Of a stretch of DNA of 64,000 nucleotides, positions 1 through 8,473 are shown piece after piece. Every line of letters starts with the position of its first letter. Within the stretch, counting starts at the first letter, position 1. The notes under the pieces were generated by a model that had not been told where the DNA came from, did not search any database, and saw only the letters and a program-made list of their open reading frames with translations. Source of the DNA: Spirochaetia bacterium (GTDB taxonomy: Bacteria; Spirochaetota; Spirochaetia; SZUA-6; Bin103). The stretch is from NCBI GenBank assembly GCA_965203905.1, contig CBDBDQ010000005.1, positions 832,001 to 896,000 of the forward strand. The letters are read 5' to 3'. Both the position numbers and the translations under genes were made by a program.

Positions 1-2
1 CG

Positions 3-1103
3 TATCGCGTCGCCCTGATCGGCACCGGCCGGGTCGGCTACCAGTTCAGCTTCAGCGCGCTGCCCGACAACCACGCCGCCGCGGTGGCGGCCAGTGGGCG
101 CTGCCGTCTGGTGGCGGGCGTCAACCGCGGCCGCGACAAGCTGCTCCAGTTCGGCGACCGCTTCGGTGTCGACGCCCTGTACCACGACTACCGGCAGATG
201 CTGGAGCGGGAACGGCCGGAGCTGTGCATCGTCGCCACCCACCCGGAGTTGCACTGCACCATGGTAGAAGAGTGCGCCGCCGCGCCCGCCACCCGCGCCA
301 TCATCTGCGAGAAGCCGATGGCCCTGTCACTGGCGGAGTGCGACCGCATGATCGCCGCCTGCGAGCGCGCGGGGGTGCTGCTGCAGATCAACCACAACCG
401 GCGCTGGAACCCGCACTGGATCCAGGCGCAACGGCTGCTGGCGGCCGGCGCCATCGGCGAGTTGAACTACCTCCATTGCTACATGGACGGCTGCAAGCCG
501 ACACCGGCGTGGCGCAGCGCCAACGAGGGACCGCTGCTGCACGATTTCAGCCACTATTTCGACCTGCTGGACCTGTTCGCCGGCGAGCCGGCCTGGCTCT
601 GCGGCATGGCCGAGCAGCGCGCCCGCCCCTGGGCGGTGGAAGACTTCAGCGCCGCCTTCATCAAGTTCAAGTCGGGCGTGACCGCCATCGCGCACGGCGC
701 CGAGCTCACCGACTACGAGTACTGCAGCTTCATGCTGAGCGGCTCCAGCGGCGTGATCCGGATGCAGGACGAACGGGTGCGCCTGCTGCAGTCGCGGCCG
801 GCCGGCAGCGAGCCAGACAGCGGCTTCCAGTGGCGCCGGCTCGCCGCGTCTGCGGTCGAGTCCCCGCCCGACGCCTCAAGTTACAGCGTCGCGCTCAACG
901 AACTGCTGGACGCGGTGGAGGGGAAGGCGGAGTTGCGCAGCGACGGCCGCATCGGGCGCCGCTCGCTGGAGATGATCATGGCAGTATACCAGTCGCAACT
1001 GCAGGGCAACCGTCCCGTCTCGTTTCCGGTGACCCTGACCGATTCGGGAGTGCAGGCGCTGCGCTCGGCCGGCCAGTTTCGTTCCGTCTCCACCACGCCA
1101 TGA
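3..1103 (+). CDS. Gfo/Idh/MocA family oxidoreductase (5' end runs off the window)
   Basis: Frame open from base 3: YRVALIGTGRVG (Rossmann GxGxxG), ICEKPMA, NHNRRW, G-L-HDFSHYFD motifs. Confidence 0.92.
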   Translation, partial: YRVALIGTGRVGYQFSFSALPDNHAAAVAASGRCRLVAGVNRGRDKLLQFGDRFGVDALYHDYRQMLERERPELCIVATHPELHCTMVEECAAAPATRAIICEKPMALSLAECDRMIAACERAGVLLQINHNRRWNPHWIQAQRLLAAGAIGELNYLHCYMDGCKPTPAWRSANEGPLLHDFSHYFDLLDLFAGEPAWLCGMAEQRARPWAVEDFSAAFIKFKSGVTAIAHGAELTDYEYCSFMLSGSSGVIRMQDERVRLLQSRPAGSEPDSGFQWRRLAASAVESPPDASSYSVALNELLDAVEGKAELRSDGRIGRRSLEMIMAVYQSQLQGNRPVSFPVTLTDSGVQALRSAGQFRSVSTTP

Positions 1104-1229
1104 TGCGTTGACGCGGCGGGAGGTGCCGCGTACGGTGACAGCCGGATTGATGATCGCTACCGTGTTGCAGCCGCACGACAACCGGTGGCCATGCCCACCG
1201 GAGCCTAGTCGGCAGTAGTGGGTGCCGGG

Positions 1230-1991
1230 ATGAGCTCGTCAGCAGAATCGACAATATCTACCGTACCGGGCTCAGCGGCGAGAATCACGTTGCAAGAGAG
1301 TTCAGTGGGTTCGAGATACCTGGCCTTTCGTGCCGACCGCGAGACCGTGCTTACCTTTGCCAACCTGCAGTTGGGACGTTTTTTTCGTCGTATGCTACTG
1401 GATCCGGTGCAGGGGCTGGTGGTACTGATGGCACCGGACCGCGTGCATGAAGACACCAGGGGCCAGATTGAACGTGTAGTCGACGGCTTCGCCGCGCTCC
1501 TGGGGTTGAGCAGAGCACCCTTGGGCTCTACCCGCCTGCGCCGTTTGCTGGATCCGCAGAACACCGGTGCGGAGCCGGACTGCTGCTTCTATCTGGGTGC
1601 GAACGCGGCGGCATACCGCCAGGCCAGAGCTCAGGGAGTCGAAGCCGCCGATCACTACGTGTTGCACCATCCTGTGGACTTGGTCGTAGAGGTAGGCGTT
1701 ACTCACGAAGACCAGAGCGAACAGGACTTCTACCGCGATCTGGGAGTGCCGGAGTATTGGCAGATCAGAACCGTCGACGGCCTTGATCTCACCATTCGGT
1801 TTCTGGACTTGCAGGCTGCGCAGCGGCCGTCCGTCAGCGTGTCCAGGGCGCTGCCCGGAGCGACGCCGGCGGCCATCCGCGATGCCTACCAGGTGGTTCT
1901 CGGCGAGGATGACATCTTTGCACTCCGTGGGCCGTTGCTAGCGCTGTTGCAACGTCACGGGATCGTGGAGCAGGTGGAATCCGGCCAATAA
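1230..1991 (+). CDS. Uma2 (DUF820) family PD-(D/E)xK endonuclease
   Basis: LMAPDRVH...EPDCCFY...DLVVEV...YRDLGVPEYW pattern typical of Uma2; start uncertain (1218 or 1230). Confidence 0.85.
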   Translation: MSSSAESTISTVPGSAARITLQESSVGSRYLAFRADRETVLTFANLQLGRFFRRMLLDPVQGLVVLMAPDRVHEDTRGQIERVVDGFAALLGLSRAPLGSTRLRRLLDPQNTGAEPDCCFYLGANAAAYRQARAQGVEAADHYVLHHPVDLVVEVGVTHEDQSEQDFYRDLGVPEYWQIRTVDGLDLTIRFLDLQAAQRPSVSVSRALPGATPAAIRDAYQVVLGEDDIFALRGPLLALLQRHGIVEQVESGQ

Positions 1992-2043
1992 TCGGCGCTC
2001 TTCGACGAGGACCTTGCACCCGCGAGCCGATTAGAGCCCCTCG

Positions 2044-2298
2044 CTACGTGGGCGGCGTTGCGCCTGTGGTGCCCGGCCGGGGTTCAGCGTTGCCGGGCTC
2101 GGCGCCGCCGTAGCGCGGCAGCCAGTATTCCAGCCAGGTGCGCTGACAGCGCCGGTCACAGAGGCACAACGAGCGCCCGGCATGCTGCGCGCGCCAAAGC
2201 CGTCCCACGATCATCTTGCCGCACAGGTCGCAGCGCGCGGTGGTGGTGGCGTACAGGGCGTCGGGAATCGGCTCCCAGTGTCCCTCGGCGTCGCTCAC
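2044..2298 (-). CDS. 84-aa Cys-rich, putative metal-binding protein coupled to hydantoinase B
   Basis: GTG at 2298 overlaps the hydantoinase B stop (GTGA); MSDAEGHWEPIPDALYATTTARCDLCGKMI...LCLCDRRCQRTW; hidden at the end of shadow ORF 2044..4242. Confidence 0.75.
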   Translation of the reverse strand: MSDAEGHWEPIPDALYATTTARCDLCGKMIVGRLWRAQHAGRSLCLCDRRCQRTWLEYWLPRYGGAEPGNAEPRPGTTGATPPT

Positions 2299-4067
2299 GG
2301 CCCCGAGCGTAGCCGTGCGGTGGCGACCGCGTCCAGGCGCCAGCCGGCGGCGGCATCCGGCACCAGGGCCACGCGGTACACCTCGCGCGCCTGACGTTCG
2401 CTGAGCACCCCGTCGCGCACCTCCTCGCACACCAGCTCCGGGTCGCGCTGCGCGGGCGGCCCGTACCCGCCGCCGCCGGGACTGACGATCTCGATGCAGT
2501 CGCCTTGGCGGACCCGGATGTCCGCGAACTTGTTGGGCGACACCGTGCCGAACGCCTCGCTGAAGGTGCCCCAGGCTTCGTCGCCGTGCCTGCGGATACG
2601 CAGCGCTCCCGGGCTTCCCGGCTGGCCGCCGAACAGCCCCCAGGCCCCCGTCTCGTGGCGGTCCATGAAGCTGGACACCGTGATCTCCGGCGCCCGCGCC
2701 TCGATCACGCGCCGGCTGCCGGCGCCGCCGCGGCTGCGGCCGTGGCCTGCCGAGTCGTCTGCCAGGCCATAGCTGTGGGTGAGCCACGGGTAGCGGGTCT
2801 CGAACACCTCCACCGGCGTGTTGCGGCAGTTGCCGTTGATCGGACACTGGATGTCGTTGCCGTCGCCGGTTGCCTTGCCGCCCCAGCCGCAGCCTTCGAT
2901 GTGGTAGTTGGCGTAGAACTCGCCGCTGCGCGGATGGGTGCCGCCGAACAGGAAGTTGCAGGAGCTGGCGCCGGTGGCGGCCGCCACCCGCTCGGGCAGC
3001 GCCGCCGACAGGCAGCCGAACAGGACGTCGACGATGCGCTCGTGGATCTCCGAGTTGCCGCCCACGCTGGGACCGGGATGCTCGACGTTGACCACGGTGC
3101 CGGGCGGAATGATCAGCTCGATGGGACGGTAGCAGCCGGAGTTGCGCGGAATGGTGCGGTCGGTGAGGTTGAGCATCGCGTTGTAGGTGGCCGAGGCGGT
3201 GACCCCGTAAGTGCAGTTGCACGGGCCCTGCGCCTGCGGGCTGGAGCCGTTGTAGTCGAAGATGATGCGCTCGCCGCGCACCACCGCGGTGCAGTGGATG
3301 CGGTACCGCTCGTCCGCCACCACGCCGTCGTTCTCGATCCAGTCCTCGAACGCGTACTCGCCGTCGGGGATCTCCGCGATCTCGGCACGCATACGCCGCT
3401 CGGCGTAGTCCATGAGCTGCTTGCCGGCACCGAGCACGGTGTCGAAGCCGTAGCGGTCCAGGAGCTGGTGCAGGCGCCGTTCGGCGACCGTGAGCGAGCC
3501 GATCATGGCGTGGAAGTCGCCCCACGAGGTGCGCGGCGTGCGGTGGTTGGTGAGGATGACCTTCCAGAGGTCGTCGACGTACTCGCCGCCGCGCATGATC
3601 TTCACCGGCGGCAGCCGCAGACCCTCCTGGTAGATCTCGCGGGCGTCGGCGGCGAATCCGCCCACCGCCTTGCCGCCGATCTCGGTGAGATGGGCGATGT
3701 TGCCGACGAAGCCGTACAGCTCGCCGCGGTGGTACACCGGCTTGATCACGGTGTGCTCGGGCAGGTGGCAGCCGCCGCGGTAGGGATCGTTGTGCATCAC
3801 CACGTCGCCGGGAGCGAAGTTCTCCAGGCCCACCTCGGCGATGGTCCACTGCATGGTGTAGAGGATCGCCCCGATCTGGGCCGGGCAGAACTCGGCGTAG
3901 GAGACCATCTGCGCGTCGCGGTCGAACACCACGCACGAGAAATCGAGCCCCTCGTTGAAGATCGACGAGTAGGAGGTCTTCATCATCGCCAGCCCCATCT
4001 CGCGGCAGGTGTTGACCAGGTAGTTGTTGATGATGGTGAGGGTGACGCTGTCCAGTTGCTTCGCCAT
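2295..4067 (-). CDS. Hydantoinase B / oxoprolinase family subunit
   Basis: HNDPYRGGCHLPE, AHLTEIGG, QEGLRLPP, NTPVEVFE, SPGGGGYG motifs. Confidence 0.95.
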   Translation of the reverse strand: MAKQLDSVTLTIINNYLVNTCREMGLAMMKTSYSSIFNEGLDFSCVVFDRDAQMVSYAEFCPAQIGAILYTMQWTIAEVGLENFAPGDVVMHNDPYRGGCHLPEHTVIKPVYHRGELYGFVGNIAHLTEIGGKAVGGFAADAREIYQEGLRLPPVKIMRGGEYVDDLWKVILTNHRTPRTSWGDFHAMIGSLTVAERRLHQLLDRYGFDTVLGAGKQLMDYAERRMRAEIAEIPDGEYAFEDWIENDGVVADERYRIHCTAVVRGERIIFDYNGSSPQAQGPCNCTYGVTASATYNAMLNLTDRTIPRNSGCYRPIELIIPPGTVVNVEHPGPSVGGNSEIHERIVDVLFGCLSAALPERVAAATGASSCNFLFGGTHPRSGEFYANYHIEGCGWGGKATGDGNDIQCPINGNCRNTPVEVFETRYPWLTHSYGLADDSAGHGRSRGGAGSRRVIEARAPEITVSSFMDRHETGAWGLFGGQPGSPGALRIRRHGDEAWGTFSEAFGTVSPNKFADIRVRQGDCIEIVSPGGGGYGPPAQRDPELVCEEVRDGVLSERQAREVYRVALVPDAAAGWRLDAVATARLRSGP

Positions 4068-4070
4068 CGT

Positions 4071-6218
4071 TCAGGCCTCCTCGGGCGCCGTGGCCGGCAG
4101 CGTGAGGATGAGGTTGCCGTGCGGGTCCACGGCCAGTCGCACCCCGTCCGGCACGAAGGTGGTGGAATCGAGCTCCTCGATCACGGCCGGGCCGCGCAGC
4201 TCGGTGCCCGCCGGCAGCCGGTCGCGGCGGTAGTAGCCGCATTCAGCCGGACGCTGCGGCTCAGCCTGGACGCCGGCTGCGGTCGCGGCGGGTGCGGCCG
4301 GCGCCGGAGGCGATGGCTCCGGGGGCGCGTCGGCTGCGCCCCCGGCACGTGCGGCCCGGGCGGGCGGACGGGCTCCGGCGGCCGCCGAAGCCGGTACCGC
4401 CATGACGGCCGTGGGCTCCGCCGCGGTTTCGGCAAGCGACGCCTTGAGATGCACCAGCTCCACCGGGTGATCGGGGAACTGGTAGCCGAAGAACTCCTCG
4501 TGGCGGCGGTGGAAGCGCTCCACCGCGGCGGGCAGGCCGTCGGCGAACCGGTACTCCACCTCCTGTTCGTAGTTCTGCTGCGCGTAGCGCATGCTCAGGC
4601 CGAGCCGCTCGCGGGCCGCGCCGCGCAGCCCCTCAGCCTCGATCTCGCGCCGCCCTTCCTCCAGCATGGTACGAAAGCGCGCGGCCAGCTCCGCATCGTC
4701 CACCTCCGAGTGCCGCACCCCCAGCGTCTGCATCCGCTCCACCCGCAGCCGCGCCAGGGCGGCCCCGAAGGCCGAGCACAGACCCGGATGCGGCGGCACC
4801 ACCACCCGGCGGATCCCCAGCTTGGCGGCGATGGCCGCGGCGTGCAACGGCCCGGCGCCGCCGAATGCGACCAGCACGAAGTCGCGCGGATCGATCCCGC
4901 GCTCGATGGTCAGCAGGCGGATGGCATTGGTCATGTTCTCGTCGGCGAGGTCGACGATGGCGCGCGCCGCCGCTTCCCGCCCCAGTCCCAGCGCGCGCGC
5001 CAGCGGGTCGATCACCGCCACCGCGCGCTCCGGGTGCAACGTCAGTTCCCCACCCAGGAAAAAATCGGGGTTGAGCCGGCCCAGCACCAGGTTGGCGTCG
5101 GTCACGGTGGCGGCTTCACCGCCGGCGCCGTAGCAGCCGGGGCCGGGCCGGGCGCCCGCGCTTTCCGGTCCCACCGCCAGCATGCCGCCTTTGTCAATGC
5201 GGGCGATGGAACCCCCGCCGGCGCCCAGGGTGCGCACCTCGATCACCGGAATCGCCACCGGCAGCCCCCACTCGATCTCGTAGTCGGTAGTGAAGTGCGG
5301 CTCTCCCTCCAGCAGCAGTCCCACGTCGCAGCTCGTGCCTCCCATGTCGAGGGTGATCGCCTGCGCGAAGCCCGCCCCCCGCGCGAAGTGGGCGCCGCCG
5401 ATCACGCCGCCCGCGAGGCCCGAGAGCAGCAGCTCCACCGGCCGCTCCGGTGCCTGCGGGAGCCCGGTGGTGCCGCCGTCCGACTTGAGCAGCGAGCAGG
5501 GAGCGTTCACGCTGCGCTCGCGCAGCGCCGCGCCGATGCTCGGGCAGTAGGCGCTCAACAGCGGCTTCAGGTAGGCGTCGGCCAGCGTGGTGCTGGAGCG
5601 CTCATACTCCCGCCACAGCGGCGCGACGCGGTGCGAGAGGGAGACCGGGATGCCGGGAAAGCGCCGCTCCAGGAACGCGCCGAGCTGCAGCTCGTGGGCC
5701 GGGTTCAGGTAGGAGAACAGCAGGCACACCGCGATCGCCTCGGGGGTGCGCTCCGCGACCTGCGCCGCGAGCCCCTCCAGGGCCGCCGCCTCCAGCGGCA
5801 CCACGACCTGGCCCTGGGCGTCGATCCGCTCGACCACCGGCAGGCAGTTGCGGCGCCGGACCAGCGGCCGCGGCTTGAGCCAGTGCAGGTCGTACTCGCT
5901 CTTGCGGTTGATGCGCTGGATGAACGGGATGTCCTCGAACCCCGCGGTGGTCAGGTACAGCACCTCGGCCCCGCGCCGCTGCAGCACCGCGTTGGTGGCC
6001 ACCGTGGTGCCATGCACGATGCGCTCGATGGCGGAGCCCGGCACCGCGGCCTTGTCCAGCACGCTCAGCAGGGCGCCCAGCGGTGCGTCCGGCGTGGACG
6101 GCGCCTTGGCCACCCGCACCGACCCGTCGCTGCCAATCGCCACCAGATCGGTAAACGTGCCCCCGGTGTCGATGCCCAGCGCCAGCGAGCCCGCGGCCGA
6201 CTCCGCCACCTCGCTCAC
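4071..6218 (-). CDS. Hydantoinase A / oxoprolinase family ATP-binding subunit
   Basis: GIDTGGTFTD, HGTTVATNA, DMGGTSCDV, GAGGGS, AFGGAGPLH; start 6218 or 6239. Confidence 0.95.
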   Translation of the reverse strand: MSEVAESAAGSLALGIDTGGTFTDLVAIGSDGSVRVAKAPSTPDAPLGALLSVLDKAAVPGSAIERIVHGTTVATNAVLQRRGAEVLYLTTAGFEDIPFIQRINRKSEYDLHWLKPRPLVRRRNCLPVVERIDAQGQVVVPLEAAALEGLAAQVAERTPEAIAVCLLFSYLNPAHELQLGAFLERRFPGIPVSLSHRVAPLWREYERSSTTLADAYLKPLLSAYCPSIGAALRERSVNAPCSLLKSDGGTTGLPQAPERPVELLLSGLAGGVIGGAHFARGAGFAQAITLDMGGTSCDVGLLLEGEPHFTTDYEIEWGLPVAIPVIEVRTLGAGGGSIARIDKGGMLAVGPESAGARPGPGCYGAGGEAATVTDANLVLGRLNPDFFLGGELTLHPERAVAVIDPLARALGLGREAAARAIVDLADENMTNAIRLLTIERGIDPRDFVLVAFGGAGPLHAAAIAAKLGIRRVVVPPHPGLCSAFGAALARLRVERMQTLGVRHSEVDDAELAARFRTMLEEGRREIEAEGLRGAARERLGLSMRYAQQNYEQEVEYRFADGLPAAVERFHRRHEEFFGYQFPDHPVELVHLKASLAETAAEPTAVMAVPASAAAGARPPARAARAGGAADAPPEPSPPAPAAPAATAAGVQAEPQRPAECGYYRRDRLPAGTELRGPAVIEELDSTTFVPDGVRLAVDPHGNLILTLPATAPEEA

Positions 6219-6436
6219 CCCTGATTCTTCGCTCAACACGTCACTTGCAGTTCATACGCGCCGGAGCGGTGGCTTGCAACACGGCCCACTCGCTCCGCCG
6301 TAAAGCGCGACAGTTTAGGCCAGAGGCATCCAAGCCGGACGGGCTTGGCGGGCCGGCGGGCCGGCGGGCCACGCAAGCTTGACGGGTGCCCGGTGCGGCG
6401 GATAATCGACTGATCCTTATTTCGGGAGGCAATGAT

Positions 6437-8407
6437 ATGAAGCACGTCTGTTTCGTGCTCCCGTGGCTGCTGTTTTCGGCCGCGGTGGCTGTCGCCGGAG
6501 GCGACACCGAAGTGACGGAAGAGTCATCCGCGGCGAACACCATGCCCATGGCGGAGACCCGGTACCACGAAGCGCCGATGCTCGCCGAACGGGTCGCTCA
6601 GGGGCTGCTGCCACCGGTGGACGACCGGCTGCCCGATGTTCCCTTCGTCGAGCAGGTGGTGGAGGAGATCGGGACCTACGGCGGCACCTGGCATCGAACC
6701 ACGCTGTCGGCCAGTCCCGTCTATCAACCCGGAATCCCATCGTATCGCGGCACCGATCGCCTGGTGTGGTACAACCGGGACACCTTCGAGATGCACGCCG
6801 AGGTACTGGCAGAGCTCGAGCGTCAGAACAGCAGCCGCACCTGGGTCATGCACATGCGGAGCGGACTCCGTTGGTCGGACGGGGAGCTGTTCGACGCCGA
6901 CGACATCATGTTCTGGTGGAACGACGTCGCGCTGAATGAACAGATCGTCGCGAACCTTCCGAGTTGGCTCAGAGTCGGTGGCGCACCTTCTACGGTCGAG
7001 AAGATCGATGAGTGGACGGTGAGCTTCACCTTCGCGGAACCGCATCCGCACTTCATGAAGTTCCTGATGGTGAGCGGAGAGGTGATTCCGCGCCATCCGC
7101 GCCACTACATGGAGCAGTTCCACCAGACCTACGCCGATGAGGCCAAGCTTGCCGCGCTGTTGAAGGAACGAGGATTCGAGACCTGGCCCGAACTCTATAC
7201 CTTCGCCGCAAATGAGAGGTGGTCCACCGTGCCGGCGCCCGAAAAACCCCGGCTCGACCCCTGGATCACCATCTCGGCACCTTCGATGGGGCCCTTCGTG
7301 CTGGAGCGCAATCCCTACTACTGGAAAGTCGATCCCGCTGACAACCAGCTCCCCTACATCGACGAGGTCGTGATCGACTTCGTGAGCGATGTTCAGACCC
7401 AGAGCTTGCGGGCCATCTCCGCGGAGCTGGACGCGCAGCGCATCATGGACATTACCATCCTGCCGGAGCTGCTGGAGGCGGAACGGCGCGGAGAGCTGCA
7501 GGCCTGGCATCGACGCGGCAAGAATCCGACCCGTCTGGACTTGTCGTTCAACCTCACCCACGACGACCCGGAGCTGCGCAAGATCTTCCAGGACAAGCGC
7601 TTTCGCATCGCCATGTCACATGCCGTGAACCGGGAAGAGCTCTCCCTGCTCGGCTATGGAGGCCTGGTGCAGCCGACCCAGATCGGACCGTACCAGGGCA
7701 CGCGATTCTATAACGAGCAGCTCAAGAACGCGTACCTGGAGTACGATCCGGACAAGGCCAACGCGCTGCTCGACGAGATCGGCCTGGACCAGCGCGACGG
7801 CGACGGTTATCGCCTGCGGGCCGACGGCGAGCGCTTCTCGTTCGTGCTCATGAACACGCGCGGCGACCGCATTCCGCAGGATCCGATGGAGATGGTCACC
7901 GACTCCTTCGAGGACCTCGGCATCGAGGTGATCATGAAGTGGGGTGAACGCCAAGGAAACGTGTTGAACACCGGAGAGTGGGATGCGATGCTCGGCGCCG
8001 GTCACAACACGGTACCGTTCGGCTTCGAGATCGGAACCGGCGCGGGACACGTCGTGCCGCTCACCGGTGGGCCGAACAACCTGTGGTTCGGCTACTGGGC
8101 CAACGACTGGGCGCGCTGGTTCGTCAGCAACGGAGAGGTTGGCGAGGAGCCTCCCGAGCTCATGAAGCAGATCGTGGCGACGTACCGCAAGCTGCAGGTG
8201 TCCGAGGATCCCGCCGAGATGAGAGTCCTGGCCAAGGAGATCTTCGACATCGCCCACGAAAACCTGTGGGTGATCGGCTACGTGAGCGACCCCGGGATGG
8301 GATTCGTGGCGAGCAACAACATGGGAAACATCGGCGACAGCCCGATTCCCGCCTCCCCGGTCGGCCCGAGCGTACTGCCGGTAGACCAGTTCTTCTTCAA
8401 GAGCTGA
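6437..8407 (+). CDS. ABC transporter substrate-binding protein, family 5
   Basis: RBS GGGAGG, signal peptide, EAPML...LPPVDDRLP, RSGLRWSDG, RNPYYWKVD...NQLPYID, FRIAMSHAVNR. Confidence 0.93.
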   Translation: MKHVCFVLPWLLFSAAVAVAGGDTEVTEESSAANTMPMAETRYHEAPMLAERVAQGLLPPVDDRLPDVPFVEQVVEEIGTYGGTWHRTTLSASPVYQPGIPSYRGTDRLVWYNRDTFEMHAEVLAELERQNSSRTWVMHMRSGLRWSDGELFDADDIMFWWNDVALNEQIVANLPSWLRVGGAPSTVEKIDEWTVSFTFAEPHPHFMKFLMVSGEVIPRHPRHYMEQFHQTYADEAKLAALLKERGFETWPELYTFAANERWSTVPAPEKPRLDPWITISAPSMGPFVLERNPYYWKVDPADNQLPYIDEVVIDFVSDVQTQSLRAISAELDAQRIMDITILPELLEAERRGELQAWHRRGKNPTRLDLSFNLTHDDPELRKIFQDKRFRIAMSHAVNREELSLLGYGGLVQPTQIGPYQGTRFYNEQLKNAYLEYDPDKANALLDEIGLDQRDGDGYRLRADGERFSFVLMNTRGDRIPQDPMEMVTDSFEDLGIEVIMKWGERQGNVLNTGEWDAMLGAGHNTVPFGFEIGTGAGHVVPLTGGPNNLWFGYWANDWARWFVSNGEVGEEPPELMKQIVATYRKLQVSEDPAEMRVLAKEIFDIAHENLWVIGYVSDPGMGFVASNNMGNIGDSPIPASPVGPSVLPVDQFFFKS

Positions 8408-8436
8408 CGGCGCCGAACCGACACCGCGAACAGCAC

Positions 8437-8466
8437 GGCAGGGTCCACGCAAGAGTGGACCCTGCC
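8437..8466. terminator. Hairpin between convergent SBP genes, likely bidirectional terminator
   Basis: Perfect 12-bp stem GGCAGGGTCCAC-gcaaga-GTGGACCCTGCC; no U-tract. Confidence 0.7.
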
Positions 8467-8473
8467 ACGTTAC

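Noticed and set aside
2505-6224. 1239-aa plus-strand ORF and other long shadow ORFs (e.g. 31963..34857, 36561..38906, 16757..18505)
   Set aside because: Antisense or off-frame to well-supported genes; expected in high-GC DNA; no motifs.
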